A program made the translations under genes and the position numbers. This document shows positions 30,108 through 45,300 of a DNA stretch of 64,000 nucleotides, piece by piece. This DNA is from Eledone cirrhosa. Its lineage: Eukaryota. The DNA lies in contig OZ024740.1 in assembly GCA_964016885.1 (NCBI GenBank), forward strand, positions 427,924,001 through 427,988,000. The letters are read 5' to 3'. Each line of letters opens with the position of its first letter. Within the stretch, counting starts at the first letter, position 1. Below the pieces are notes generated by a model. It was not told the origin of the DNA and ran no database searches. It was given only the letters and a program-made list of their open reading frames with translations.

Positions 30108-31496
30108 ATTGGTTTCACAAAAATGGCAGCTAGAAGATATAAATAAATATAGGATAATGGCGGCAAACATTTAAATAGAAAAATATCTGAATGGTTGGGG
30201 TGCGGATTATTCCAGGCCGAGATTTTGAAGATTCTATTGAATCTGTTCTTTACCAAATTTCTATAGAATCTAAAGATTTTTGAAGATTTCTTTATAGATC
30301 TTTTCTTTACTGACTATAATAGACTTTTGAAAAGAATTATGGATAAAATATAAACATATATAAGTGTAAACAAAAATTGTACAAATTGCTGCGAAATGAA
30401 AAAAAAATAGTTATTAGGACTACATATCGACTTTGTATCATCCGAAATCCATAGAACTGTAGAGATTTGTAGATAAACTTGTGATGGAAAGAACTATTCT
30501 AATTCTAGAACTTATATTATTGAAGACCTCACTCGGTGAGATGGAGTTTATAGTGTTATATTGTCACAGGGAAGACTTATATTGTCACAGGGAAGACATT
30601 ACAAACCATTAAGATGGTAAGGTGACATACTTTTTTAATGAAGAATTGGTAACAATGTAATTATAATGATACACCGGTATTGAAGTCCTAATAATGTAGT
30701 ATTTGTATTATGCAAATTAATAGTTTTGGCAGGAGTGAAGTGATAAAAACATATATTAGGAACATTCGACTAATTAATTAGTGTTGCTTACGTCTTTTTT
30801 GCACTTGAGTTACGATTTTGGTTGGGTCAATTTTAATTCTTATCATTCCCAGTGTGTTTTAATTCTCAGTGTATTAACCTAAATACCATTAATATACAGA
30901 GAGCCAAGAAACTTCATTCATAATGTTTCGATTTAAGTGCCTATTCAATGATGCCTACTCTTTAAATTTTTCTGCCGTTGTCTACCAAAGTTCAATATCA
31001 AATTAAACGGAGAATTAGATGAAATGATGCAGCTGTAGGCGTTAATATTTTTAGTAGAGACTGACGCTCTCAAAGTTCTAAATTGTAAAATTCTTGTTTC
31101 TCCATCAACTCTTGGAGTAGAAAATCTCAAAATCAATAAAGTAATGGGGTCAATTTAAAAGAGTGTATTCTCTCCACGACAGGTTTCACAAATGTCGCTA
31201 TTTAAAATCATCGCTACACTGCAATTAAGCAAAGTAAAATAACGTGTAAATAAATTATTTAGAATTCAGCTCTGCTAGACATCACATCGCTTAGTCATTG
31301 AAAATAGATATTAGCTCATTTGTGAAAAAGTATGAAGAAACATGACATTATGAAAATTGTAAGCAGACGTATTTTCAATGTATATGTTCCAGCAAAAATG
31401 CATCTAAGGGAACGTTTAACCAAATAAATATATAAACCCAATCTCACATATATGGCATTCTACCACCGCACAAAAGAAAGGCATGATTGATAATTG

Positions 31497-31609
31497 TTTC
31501 TACTTTTGGCACAAGGCCAGCAATTATCCCAGTGCATTACTGGTACTTTATTTTATCAACCTCCATAAAGATGAAAGGCAAAGTTACCTCGGCGGGATTT
31601 GAACTCAGA
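31497..31609 (-). mobile_element. Truncated octopod-type SINE
   Basis: GGCACAAGGCCAGCAATT...ACTGGTACTTTATTTTATCAAC...GATGAAAGGCAAAGTTACCTCGGCGGGATTTGAACTCAG (B box GAGTTCAAATCC on minus); similar to 17478-17645. Confidence 0.72.
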
Positions 31610-33015
31610 CCCTCTACCGATGTACCTAGAAAAATATAGGTCTACCAAATCTGAAGTACTTACATAAAGGTGTGCTTCATGAAATCTGACTTAGGGTTAA
31701 GAGAACACTGATAAATGGAACGCACATGATTGTTGAACCTACTAGTAAGATATCAAATCCCATTCATATCACAAAATGCCATCTTCGAAAAGAAGAAAAC
31801 GTTGAATAATGTTGTTATAGATGTAGTGGGGGTTAGTAAGAAGTTGGATGCTCTTGGTTAGAATATTTTATCAGAAGATAATCTGCACTGACTTCGGGAT
31901 AAACAACTAAATTATGTGATTTAGCAGGTGATCTCTGCTGTGAATTACCAAATTCACTACCGGGATATTTTCAATTTGATGACTGCCTTAATTTTGAAAG
32001 ACTGTACCGAAAAATACGATACATTAAATGTAGAAGAACCTCTGAATATAATTCAGGTTTTAGCCCGTTTGATATTATTTCACTTCAATAACAACTATAA
32101 TTTATTTGTAAAATCAGGAAAGACATATTTACATATATGATGCATAAAAAAACTAACATTTAAAAAAAAATTATAGACGTACACATATATTCTTGTATAC
32201 AAATATAAATACTAATTCAGGCATAAATATATTCCACCCCTCTTAGATTTCGCTTCTGTGGGGCTGGTCTCATACATTGTTATATTTGAAAAGAATACAT
32301 GTGTTCCACCTTTCCAAAATGTCGCTATGGGTAAGAAACAGCTTAAAAATATTCAGAAACGCTTGCGTTCTACATTTCATTTCGTTCTAGAATATGCTTG
32401 CTATTTGCTTATGTTGTAAAACAAAGAAATATCTGTTTGTTCACGTTTCATTCCCTATACCGATATTTGATTTCAGACAATTTTGACTGGCGTATTGACA
32501 TAAAAACAGGTTAAAGATTACACGCATAAACACACACAAACGCACACACACACATATACACACACACACAGACACACACACATAAACACACACACACACA
32601 CATACATACACAGAAACACACACACACACACACACAGAAACACACACACACACGCACACATACGCACACGCACACACACAAACACACACGCGCATACAGA
32701 AACACTCGTGCGCACACATATATAGATATAGATGTACAGATGCTTCTATATGTACACACAAACACACACACACATACAATGTGTGTGGATATATATATAT
32801 GGAGGGGTAGATATATATATGGAGGGGTGTATACCTAGATAAAAAATAAAGAGGGTACAGAAAAAGCAGAAGAGCTTTGATGTAATAGTATCGTCAGGTG
32901 GTGTGGTTGCCCATTCGGTTATATCCTCATGGGTTATTACACTATTTTATTGATAACATTCTTCCTGATGCCTTCTCAACTATTTGCTCGATGTTTCTTA
33001 AATGTTTCTCTGCTG

Positions 33016-33079
<64 letters not shown>

Positions 33080-33080
<1 letters not shown>

Positions 33081-33392
33081 CTTACCAAAAAACAAGCAGA
33101 TATGTAACACATGCACAAACTAAGCACACAACACACACAAAAACAAGATGGCGTAGGACAGAACAAAGGGAGGCACAAAACAAAGAAATAAATCCCCAGT
33201 CACTGAAGAGGTCACATAATGTGTGACGAAAGAAGTTTGACAATATATGAACAACCGTCCGATTGTGGAACCAACCAACCAACCGGAAATTTATAAATTC
33301 TTAAATTTATAAATTTAATTTAAATAAATTGGAGTGAAACACTGGTGCGTGTGTTTCCTATTGGCAACATGACCCCCCCAAAGTAAAACAAT
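33080..33392 (+). mobile_element. Solo copy of the 24001-24540 hammerhead element, in (TA)n
   Basis: Colinear from AAAAACAAGATGGCGTAG to ATGACCCCCCCAAAGTAAAACAAT; ends at the same position as the 24001 arm. Confidence 0.85.
33199..33241 (+). ncRNA. Type I hammerhead motif
   Basis: GUCA-CUGAAGA-GGUCACA(UAAUG)UGUGAC-GAAA-GAAG-UU^-UGAC; stem III pair lost. Confidence 0.65.
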
Positions 33393-33524
33393 ATATATAT
33401 ATATATATATCACGAATGAAACAGTTCTAGTCATGTAGAAGCATTTCTATATTAAATATTTATACTCTGCTTTGTATTGAGTACATTACTTACTGTGGTT
33501 ACCCCCGATTGAACCGGGGATAAA

Positions 33525-33587
<63 letters not shown>

Positions 33588-33718
33588 GTGTATATGTATG
33601 TATCAGTATGTGGTTCACAGCTGAGAGAAAAGTGTATCCAATACCGAAGTAGAGTTCAGATATATATTTTATTACAGCTAAATAGTGAGTCTTGTTGCTC
33701 TAGAGTTTCACCTGCTTA

Positions 33719-33763
<45 letters not shown>

Positions 33764-33953
33764 GGATTCAAGAACACCCGCTTTGTCCGGTCCCTTGTCG
33801 ATTCAATTTGGATTGCCTCGGGAACGTAACCTTATTCTATAAGAAGCTGTCTGATGATGTCACGGCACTGGGTACACTGCCGAGTGTGGCCACTGTCGTC
33901 ATATGTATCATTAAAGGACTTTAACATCTGAAACTACTTCGCATTTTCTTATC

Positions 33954-34040
<87 letters not shown>

Positions 34041-34045
<5 letters not shown>

Positions 34046-34646
34046 AGATAAGCAGAACAAGTAAAAATCCAACCAATTTTTCAAAATTAATATACAATTA
34101 AAATTAATCAAAATTAAAAAATATAATATAAATATTTACCTATTTCAATGGCCCTAACTGTACAGTTTCACGGTGCAAAACATTAAATATCACCAGGATA
34201 TTAATGGAAAAGCAACGATCATCAGAGAAGCATTTTCCTGTCCTAGGGTTAAAAACCCAAGGAACGACAAAATATATGACCTCACTCCAACTAATACAGG
34301 TCTAAAAGGTCGTGAAAGTGACCCGTAAATACATTGGTGTATAGTGAAGGCGGGAAATCGTAGACTCGCCGTCTATAGCTCGCCACTAAAAAAAGATTTT
34401 TAGTAACTAAATAGAACGACAAATTTGTATCTCTACATACTGGAGATTATTGAAAAAGGTTAATATATATCTGAGGGTACAATGTACCCCCGGAAATATA
34501 TAGTGTGTCTATGATTTAAGGTGGTTCTATGGTAATAATTTGATATACCAGAACATAATATCAAGATAAGCAGAACAAGTAAAAATCCAACCAATTTTTC
34601 AAAATAAATCAAAATTAATATACAATTAAAATTAATCAAAATTAAA
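34041..34646 (-). mobile_element. Hammerhead element: 518-bp monomer plus ~88-bp direct terminal repeat, in (TA)n
   Basis: TATCAAGATAAGCAGAACAAGTAAAAATCCAACCAATTTTTCAAAAT at 34041 and 34559; (TA)n both sides. Confidence 0.8.
34152..34229 (-). ncRNA. Type I hammerhead motif with long stem II
   Basis: UUCU-CUGAUGA-UCGUUGC..CAUUAAUAUC(CUGGU)GAUAUUUAAUG..GCACCGU-GAAA-CUGUACAG-UU^-AGGG; palindromic stem III, U-U at base of stem II. Confidence 0.65.
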
Positions 34647-34707
34647 TATATATATATATATAGTGACGAAACATAAGTCAATTGCATGAACTCATAATCC
34701 TTTATTT

Positions 34708-34765
34708 ACTGCTATATATATATTTCGATGATAGCCATTGAATGGCTATGACCTCATCAGGCAGT
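34708..34765 (-). ncRNA. Type I hammerhead ribozyme
   Basis: ACUGC-CUGAUGA-GGUCAUAGCCAU(UCA)AUGGCUAUCAUC-GAAA-UAUAUAUA-UA^-GCAGU; perfect 5-bp stem I; stem III is a (UA)n palindrome; within a short insert ~34661-34828. Confidence 0.82.
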
Positions 34766-35272
34766 TAGTCAGTTGTTAGATATGCCAGCTCTGTGTTTAT
34801 GGTGTTGATGGTATCAGAGCATTGGGACATATATATATATATGTATGTATATATAGGTGTGCGTGTGGTTGTGTGTCTGTGTAAGTGTGAACGAGTGAGT
34901 GTGTTTGGTGTGTGATGTGTATGTATGCCTGTGCACATTTTGAGAGGAAATCAGCCGGTACGAAGCGGCTGTAGACATGTAGAATGTTCCATCTCTAAAG
35001 ATCAACAGTCTGAAAAGTTTCATGTCCGCATTAGAATCTAAAGTTTTCTTCTCTACCACATTATAACGTCATAAATTATAACCATTAATCATAACTCATC
35101 CCCAGCATCTAAACACACACACACTACACACACACAACACACACTTACATACAGACATATATACACACATACACAAACACACATACGCATACGCATATAT
35201 ATATATATATGCATATATATACATATACATACATATATATATATATAGCATCGTCATCATCATATATATATA

Positions 35273-35336
<64 letters not shown>

Positions 35337-35398
35337 ATCATCATTATCTTATATATGAATATATACATGTATATTATATATATATATATATATATGAA

Positions 35399-35464
<66 letters not shown>

Positions 35465-35834
35465 ATGAGAACTAGGTGGAGCTGGAGTTATAGATATAGT
35501 GTAGAAAACGAGGGTCCTGGGATTTGATTTGTCTTATATTTATATAACTTAAATGTGCAATATGTCTTATCAATCTTACCTCTTTCTATATCTGTTTAAA
35601 ATCAAATCATTTGTCTAGTTTATTTAAACACCACATCCTTTATCTATCTGCAAACTACACCATACATTATTATATTTTAATTTAAGAACTATTCCACTAT
35701 TCTAAGAAGCCGAAAATATTCATGTAACGCCTCATATTAAAACTGAAAGACTAGCCTCCATGCCCTTCATAATATCTTCTATTTCCATAAGACGTGTTAT
35801 AGCAATAGATTCGTTTGTTATACATCGAGGGTGA

Positions 35835-35907
<73 letters not shown>

Positions 35908-35945
35908 CAATGTGTGTGTGTGTATGTGGGGGGGGGGGGCATATA

Positions 35946-36072
<127 letters not shown>

Positions 36073-36143
36073 AATACACATACACACAGACATATATATA
36101 TATACGAACACGCATATATATATACATATACACATACACACGC

Positions 36144-36294
<151 letters not shown>

Positions 36295-36365
36295 AATACA
36301 CATACACACAGACATATATATATATACGAACACGCATATATATATACATATACACATACACACGC

Positions 36366-36422
<57 letters not shown>

Positions 36423-36436
36423 GAGAGAGACAGAGA

Positions 36437-36506
<70 letters not shown>

Positions 36507-37974
36507 TACACATATATATATCGATATAGATATACATATTCATATGTGTATATATATGTATGTATGCATATATATATATGTATGTTTGTATGTATGAATG
36601 TATGTTTTATGTATGCATGTATGTATATATATATATATATATGTATGTGTGTGAGTGATATGTGTGTGTATGTATGTGTCTCCGTGTGTATGAGTGTGTG
36701 TGTGTGTGTCTCCGGCTCTGATGTGTATGTATGTGTCTCCGTGTGTGTGAGTGTGTGTGTCCGTCTGTGATGTGTATGTGTCTCCGTGTGTTTGTGTTTG
36801 AATACACGTTTTTGTGTTCATGTCTTTTAAAAGGTTATTGAGTTTGGCAGGTTACAACTGAGTCGCCATGTCGATATCCTTGGAATCAGCAGTATAGCGA
36901 ATATAATACAGAGGAATTATAGTGTAAGATATTCTTTTAGATTCTACTTTTGTTTTTCACGTTCTGGCTTTGCTGGGGCAGCATTAATGACTAGGGATAA
37001 TTCTAAACCACAGGAGTTAGTAACCGGAGAATATTTATATATATAGCAAGGATTTTCTTGTGTGTTTTTATATTTGCTTTTGCTAGGTGTCTAAGATGTA
37101 GATAACCATAGATTTGAACGTTCTGTGATATTAACATATCACAGAACGTCTCCGAAAAGTAAAATTCTTCTACTCCACAAATTATTTCCCATCATCTTTA
37201 ATGCAAATTCATTGGAGTAAGCCATCCTAATCAGATTAAACCATTAAACCACGCACATACACATACAGACACACACAGAGACACACACTTACACACACAC
37301 AAACACACACTCACACAAACGCACATATACACACAGAGACGGGCACACTTACACACACAGAAACGCATATATACACACACACACACAGACGGACACACTT
37401 ACAAACACACAAACGCATATATACACACACAGAGACGAACTCACTTACACACACACAAACGCATATATGCACACAGATACGTACACACTTACAAACACAC
37501 AAACGCATATATACACACACCCAGACACACATTTATGGAAAAATCAAATAAAGTTTTATACAAATATTAAAATTAACGGAAAAAAGTAAATTAAAAAAAC
37601 ACCGATGTATATTTTATATTTTATATTTTTGTTTAATTCGACAGAATGAATAGTTTTATAATTGTTATATTAAGTGGATTTAAATATTACAGGTTTCGAT
37701 TGGAATGTCATTTTTATCAAATAAAAGTCTATTCATATTGCCTCTAGGCAATTAGAACAAATGGGAATATTCTGTCAAGATTTCTTCTTATATAAGTTTC
37801 TTATGTATATGCCTTGGATGGAAAGTCACATATCCACAGCAAAATAAGACAATTATTCCTTATGTAAGTATATTCGACAAACTGTAGAATGTAAGTATAC
37901 AGAGCTCACACGCACAAATAGCTAATTCATTGGTCACTATTTGGTGCACACACACACACATATACACACACGCC

Positions 37975-38069
<95 letters not shown>

Positions 38070-38070
<1 letters not shown>

Positions 38071-38216
38071 ACGACGGAAGTGTGGTAAGGAACCAGGTGG
38101 ACCATAACGCACCAGAGTACCTGATACTTTGGGTAGTAGAGGGGGTAATAGGAAAGGTTCAAAACCCCGACGGCAGAGCTCAAGCCGTTTCGACGGGGTC
38201 CTGAACCTGTTCCTAT
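38070..38216 (-). repeat. Short repeat family with hairpin and 3' half of a hammerhead-like motif; homolog of 42047-42252
   Basis: Shared TGTGGTAAGGAACCAG.TGGACCATAACGCACCA...GACGGCAGAGCTCAAGCCGTTTCGACGGG; both begin at the same point next to (TA)n. Confidence 0.75.
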
Positions 38217-38618
38217 ATACCTGTATTATTTTTCACATATAATTTGGTTTATAATTCAAATCGCAGTTGTATGAGAGCGGTTGTAGTAAGATTTCTAATT
38301 GTGTGATCTTGTGCTGTCATCAGAGTCCTATGATTAATAGAATCAATCTGACGAGGAAAGGTTCATGTCGTATGAGGTGTCTTCCATGAAACATCCATGT
38401 TTCAAATCCATATTTGAGGCATGTCAGTACAAGTGTTCGGTATATTTACACAATTCGCAGCGTGAGTTTTTAAATTACTTGCAGAAAAAGAATAGAGTTT
38501 CAAACTATCTTTCATATTGCCCTTAAATGCTAGATCTGTTGAGTCAATAGTAAGCGGAGCTTTAAACACGAGAAGGCGTATCTATATGTTCAGCAATGTC
38601 AGGGTCCTGACGCTTTTC

Positions 38619-38749
<131 letters not shown>

Positions 38750-39017
38750 AACTTAAAATAATTAACAAAGAGAAGACAAGACAACGAACGGAAACAAGGC
38801 AAAACGAAAGAATTTTTTTTAAGGGGAAACTTTAAAAATCATTTTCTAAAAATAAAAATACAATCGAAAGGACACAGAATTACAGGGTCATCGGCAGTTG
38901 AGATGGATTTTGGCAGTTTCAACTCCTACCAACAGTAGTGCTGGACTACCCCGGGTCACAGCATCTGTCCAGTGGAGTAAGAGACAAAACAAAACATTAA
39001 TTTATTACAGATAGGAT

Positions 39018-39052
<35 letters not shown>

Positions 39053-39280
39053 GGGTGAGTGAGAGAGAGAGAGAGTGAGAGTGAGAGAGAGAGAAATAAA
39101 TATAATTTTACCTCACATATTCCTATCCAACAACAAAACACAACAGAACATAAACTTGCCAAAAGCACATCACACATAACACAATTACCCCATTAAATAA
39201 AAACCACAAGAAAAACGACCTAATTTCCAACCACAGAGTTTCATCAGCTATTTTCTATATTTTGTTCCCCCGTCACTTTC

Positions 39281-39327
<47 letters not shown>

Positions 39328-39347
39328 AAAGTGACGGGGAACAATAG

Positions 39348-39403
<56 letters not shown>

Positions 39404-40220
39404 CGCACAGACACATATATACATATATATTTGTATATATTTCACTTTTTTTCTTTTTTCCTTATTCGAGTTTTTGTCTCTTCCAACTTCGTTATTTTTA
39501 TGTTTATGTATTGTTTGTATGTTTTTCTTCTTCTTCTTCTTCTTCTTCTTCTTCTTCTTCTTCTTCTTCTTCTTTTTCTTCTCTAATATATGAATACTTG
39601 TTTACTAAGTAGATTACTTTCTCAGCACTTTGTTTTAAGCACGATAGAGAGCTGCTAGTAGAGTGTGTTTACTGGAATAGTGGTGGCGCCGGATAGTGGT
39701 TGTAATTTTGAGGGGTAGGGAGAAAAAAAATAATAATTTTGGTACGGTTTGATCTACATTGGTGCATATCGCTTCAGAAATATATTATGCAGTGACGAAC
39801 GTCCTAACACTAGAAGGGAATCTGGAAAAAGTTGGAAACACGTGAAAAATGTTTATGCATGAAGTTGTCCGTTTGTCAGAAAAGCTATCTGGAATTCAAC
39901 GCATTAGTCTTTTGGCAGTTGTCCAATTCAATTCATATCGAACAATTTTCAGTAAGATTCCCTCGACATTCACTGGCAATATCTTTCGGCTATATATTTT
40001 TGTTGTTTTAGTTTTTTTTTGTTATATTATAATTCTTCTTTTTCCTTTATTTATAGTTTTGTTTTATTATTGTTTCTGTTTTGTGTGTACGTGTGTGTTT
40101 TTCTTTTTAGTTTTTGTTGCAATGATATTTCCATACTATTTCAATCAATGAAAGTCTGTAACACTAAAACTGGTGGGATACTTATGGGAAGCCACCGATT
40201 TTCTCATAATATCCGGTAAG

Positions 40221-40334
<114 letters not shown>

Positions 40335-40373
40335 TTATATATATAAATACATATATTGCATATATGTATAAAC

Positions 40374-40408
<35 letters not shown>

Positions 40409-41658
40409 GTGTGTTTATACATATATGCAATATATGTATTTATATATATAAATATATATACATATATATATATGATATAATATAATTTATTTATGTATGC
40501 CTTACCTTACCTGTACGAAAGAGAGACCTTTGCTCATTTACATGATTTCAATCATTAAGTTAGAATTGGTTGTGGCAGATTTTATGCCGTTTTTAAATTG
40601 CTCTCGTTTAGCGATAGTTTCCCTACACCAAAGCAAAGGAGAACCCAAAATAGGTGGCGCGGCTCGAAGACTTTCTTTACTAATTCTTTAATTTCTTTAT
40701 TTGATTTTGCCTCTTAGTTTAGTGAAAAGTGACAGGCGAAATTATACTTGAATTAATATTTACAGATACGAAGTGAACATGTTTTCAGATGCATATATAA
40801 CACATTCATGACCCCCTCCCCCCTCTCCCGACACGCACATATACAAATACAGAGAGGGGGAGAGATAAGGAGAGAGAGAGGGAGAGAGAGCGAGAGAGAG
40901 GGAGGGAGAGAGAGAGGGGAAATATACAACTACACAAGAATACACACGCACACACATGCACATAATGAAACACACTCAAACACAAACAAATACACACACA
41001 CACACACACAGAAATATGCAGCTACACACAAATACATACACACACATGCACACATGCACACATGCACATAATGAAACACACTCAAACACAACCAAATACA
41101 CACACACACACATGCATATGCTAAATCTCACAGAAACACAAATATATACACACAACACAAATACACACTCAATATTCAAACACACACAAACACAAATATA
41201 CACATACACAAATATACATGCATTTACGCAAACACACAGAGACAAATATACACACATACACACACACACACACTCAAACATACATACACACAAATATATA
41301 CACTCACTCACACATATTCACACACAAACACACACTCGCACACGCACAAACAGAAATATACACACACATATACACACTCAAACCCACACAAATACAGATA
41401 TACACACACATACACACACATTCAAATACACACAAGCACAAAGACGGTCGATCAAACAGGAATTTCAACACTAGAATTATGTAGTAGCCTAACTACTACC
41501 ATGCTACTTGATACATCGATCTTCTACGATCAATCGACCCTCTGAAACGATCGTAAAATAATGAACTATATTAACTACCAACCTCTGACAGCTGTCTTTT
41601 TTATCATTGTTCTATACACAAACACACGCACACAGATACACACAGATACACACACACA

Positions 41659-41691
<33 letters not shown>

Positions 41692-41697
<6 letters not shown>

Positions 41698-41921
41698 GTA
41701 GAACACTGGAAGGTAATATCTGTAGTAGTAGAGCACTCAGTCCACGGGACGAGTTTGGTAGAAGTAGTAAGACAACAGTTCACCATACCGAGAACAATTG
41801 TTTCACCTTATGCGGATCTTATTATGATCCTTATGCGGATCTTATTACGGTCCGAGCTGAAGATCCGCATAAGGTGAAACAATTGTTCTCGGTATGGTGA
41901 ACTAACTGTTGTGTTACCACT
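41692..41921. mobile_element. Small head-to-head hammerhead element in (TA)n
   Basis: ~41763-41820 is the reverse complement of ~41861-41921; junction has a duplicated CCTTATGCGGATCTTATTA. Confidence 0.8.
41852..41892 (+). ncRNA. Type I hammerhead ribozyme
   Basis: CCGAG-CUGAAGA-UCC(GCAUAA)GGU-GAAA-CAAUUG-UU^-CUCGG; perfect 5-bp stem I, palindromic stem III ACAAUUGU, U-U at base of stem II. Confidence 0.8.
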
Positions 41922-41929
41922 TATATATA

Positions 41930-42252
<323 letters not shown>

Positions 42253-42398
42253 TATATACACACATATATATATATATGTATATATGTATGTATATATGAT
42301 TCTAGAATTAACGCGTAGCTTCCGCACACTATGTGCAGCATTTGCACTCAAGGGGGCGGGATACAATTTTGAAACCAACGATTATCCTTTGGTCGGGG

Positions 42399-45300
42399 CT
42401 GATTTCTATAGTGCCCCCACAGAACACTGTATTTACAACTAACTAACCCTGATCTATATAGTGCTCCCACAGAACACTGTATTTACAACTAACTAACCCT
42501 GATCTATATAGTGCTCCCACAGAACACTGTATTTACAACTAACTAACCCTGATCTATATAGTGCTCCCACAGAACACTGTATTTACAACTAACTAACCCT
42601 GATCTATATAGTGCCCCCACAGAACACTGTATTTACAACTAACTAACCCTGATTTCTATAGTGCCCCCACAGAACACTGTATTTACAACTAACTAACCCT
42701 GATCTATATAGTGCTCCCACAGAACACTGTATTTACAACTAACTAACCCTGATCTATATAGTGCTCCCACAGAACACTGTATTTACAACTAACTAACCCT
42801 GATCTATATAGTGCCCCCACAGAACACTGTATTTACAACTAAATAACCCTGATTTCTATAGTGCCCCCACAGAACACTGTATTTACAACTAACTAACCAT
42901 GATCTATATAGTACTCCCACAGAACACTGTATTTACAACTAACTAACCCTGATCTATATAGTGCTCCCACAGAACACTGTATTTACAACTAACTAACCCT
43001 GATCTATATAGTGCCCCCACAGAACACTGTATTTACAACTAACTAACCCTGATTTATATAGTGCCCCCACAGAACACTGTATTTACAACTAACTAACCCT
43101 GATTTATATAGTGCTCCCACAGAACACTGTATTTACAACTAACTAACCCTGATTTATATAGTGCTCCCACAGAACACTGTATTTACAACTAACTAACCCT
43201 GATCTATATAGTGCTCCCACAGAACACTGTATTTACAACTAACTAACCCTGATCTATATAGTGCCCCCACAGAACACTGTATTTACAACTAACTAACCCT
43301 GATTTCTATAGTGCTCCCACAGAACACTGTATTTACAACTAACTAACCCTGATCTATATAGTGCCCCCACAGAACACTGTATTTACAACTAACTAACCCT
43401 GATTTATATAGTGCTCCCACAGAACACTGTATTTACAACTAACTAACCCTGATTTATATAGTGCTCCCACAGAACACTGTATTTACAACTAACTAACCCT
43501 GATTTATATAGTGCCCCCACAGAACACTGTATTTACAACTAACTAACCCTGATTTATATAGTGCTCCCACAGAACACTGTATATACAACTAACTAACCCT
43601 GATCTATATAGTGCTCCCACAGAACACTGTATTTACAACTAACTAACCCTGATCTATATAGTGCCCCCACAGAACACTGTATTTACAACTAACTAACCCT
43701 GATTTCTATAGTGCTCCCACAGAACACTGTATTTACAACTAACTAACCCTGATCTATATAGTGCCCCCACAGAACACTGTATTTACAACTAACTAACCCT
43801 GATTTCTATAGTGCTCCCACAGAACACTGTATTTACAACTAACTAACCCTGATCTATATAGTGCCCCCACAGAACACTGTATTTACAACTAACTAACCCT
43901 GATTTCTATAGTGCTCCCACAGAACACTGTATTTACAACTAACTAACCCTGATCTATATAGTGCCCCCACAGAACACTGTATTTACAACTAACTAACCCT
44001 GATTTCTATAGTGCTCCCACAGAACACTGTATTTACAACTAACTAACCCTGATTTATATAGTGCCCCCACAGAACACTGTATTTACAACTAACTAACCCT
44101 GATTTATATAGTGCCCCCACAGAACACTGTATTTACAACTAACTAACCCTGATTTCTATAGTGCCCCCACAGAACACTGTATTTACAACTAACTAACCCT
44201 GATTTCTATAGTGCTCCCACATAACACTGTATTTACAACTAACTAACCCTGATTTATATAGTGCCCCCACAGAACACTGTATTTACAACTAACTAACCCT
44301 GATTTCTATAGTGCCCCCACAGAACACTGTATTTACAACTAACTAACCCTGATCTATATAGTGCTCCCACAGAACACTGTATTTACAACTAACTAACCCT
44401 GATCTATATAGTGCCCCCACAGAACACTGTATTTACAACTAACTAACCCTGATCTATATAGTGCCCCCACAGAACACTGTATTTACAACTAACTAACCCT
44501 GATTTCTATAGTGCTCCCACAGAACACTGTATTTACAACTAACTAACCCTGAGCTATATAGTGCTCCCACAGAACACTGTATTTACAACTAACTAACCCT
44601 GATCTATATAGTGCCCCCACAGAACACTGTATTTACAACTAACTAACCCTGATTTCTATAGTGCTCCCACAGAACACTGTATTTACAACTAACTAACCCT
44701 GATTTATATAGTGCCCCCACAGAACACTGTATTTACAACTAACTAACCCTGATTTCTATAGTGCCCCCACAGAACACTGTATTTACAACTAACTAACCCT
44801 GATCTATATAGTGCTCCCACAGAACACTGTATTTACAACTAACTAACCCTGATCTATATAGTGCCCCCACAGAACACTGTATTTACAACTAACTAACCCT
44901 GATCTATATAGTGCCCCCACAGAACACTGTATTTACAACTAACTAACCCTGATTTCTATAGTGCCCCCACAGAACACTGTATTTACAACTAACTAACCCT
45001 GATTTCTATAGTGCTCCCACAGAACACTGTATTTACAACTAACTAACCCTGATTTCTATAGTGCTCCCACAGAACACTGTATTTACAACTAACTAACCCT
45101 GATTTCTATAGTGCCCCCACAGAACACTGTATTTACAACTAACTAACCCTGATTTCTATAGTGCTCCCACAGAACACTGTATTTACAACTAACTAACCCT
45201 GATCTATATAGTGCCCCCACAGAACACTGTATTTACAACTAACTAACCCTGATCTATATAGTGCCCCCACAGAACACTGTATTTACAACTAACTAACCCT

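Noticed and set aside
33846-33945. CTGATGA followed by a hairpin and a distant GAAAC
   Set aside because: Could not form stems I and III around a cleavage triplet.
37118-37149. Perfect 14-bp hairpin ACGTTCTGTGATAT-TAAC-ATATCACAGAACGT
   Set aside because: Real, but no ribozyme core or element boundaries could be tied to it.
38440-38490. Minus-strand CK*FKNSRCELCKY resembling the PLE Cys linker
   Set aside because: Too short, has a stop, and no adjacent GIY-YIG motif could be read.
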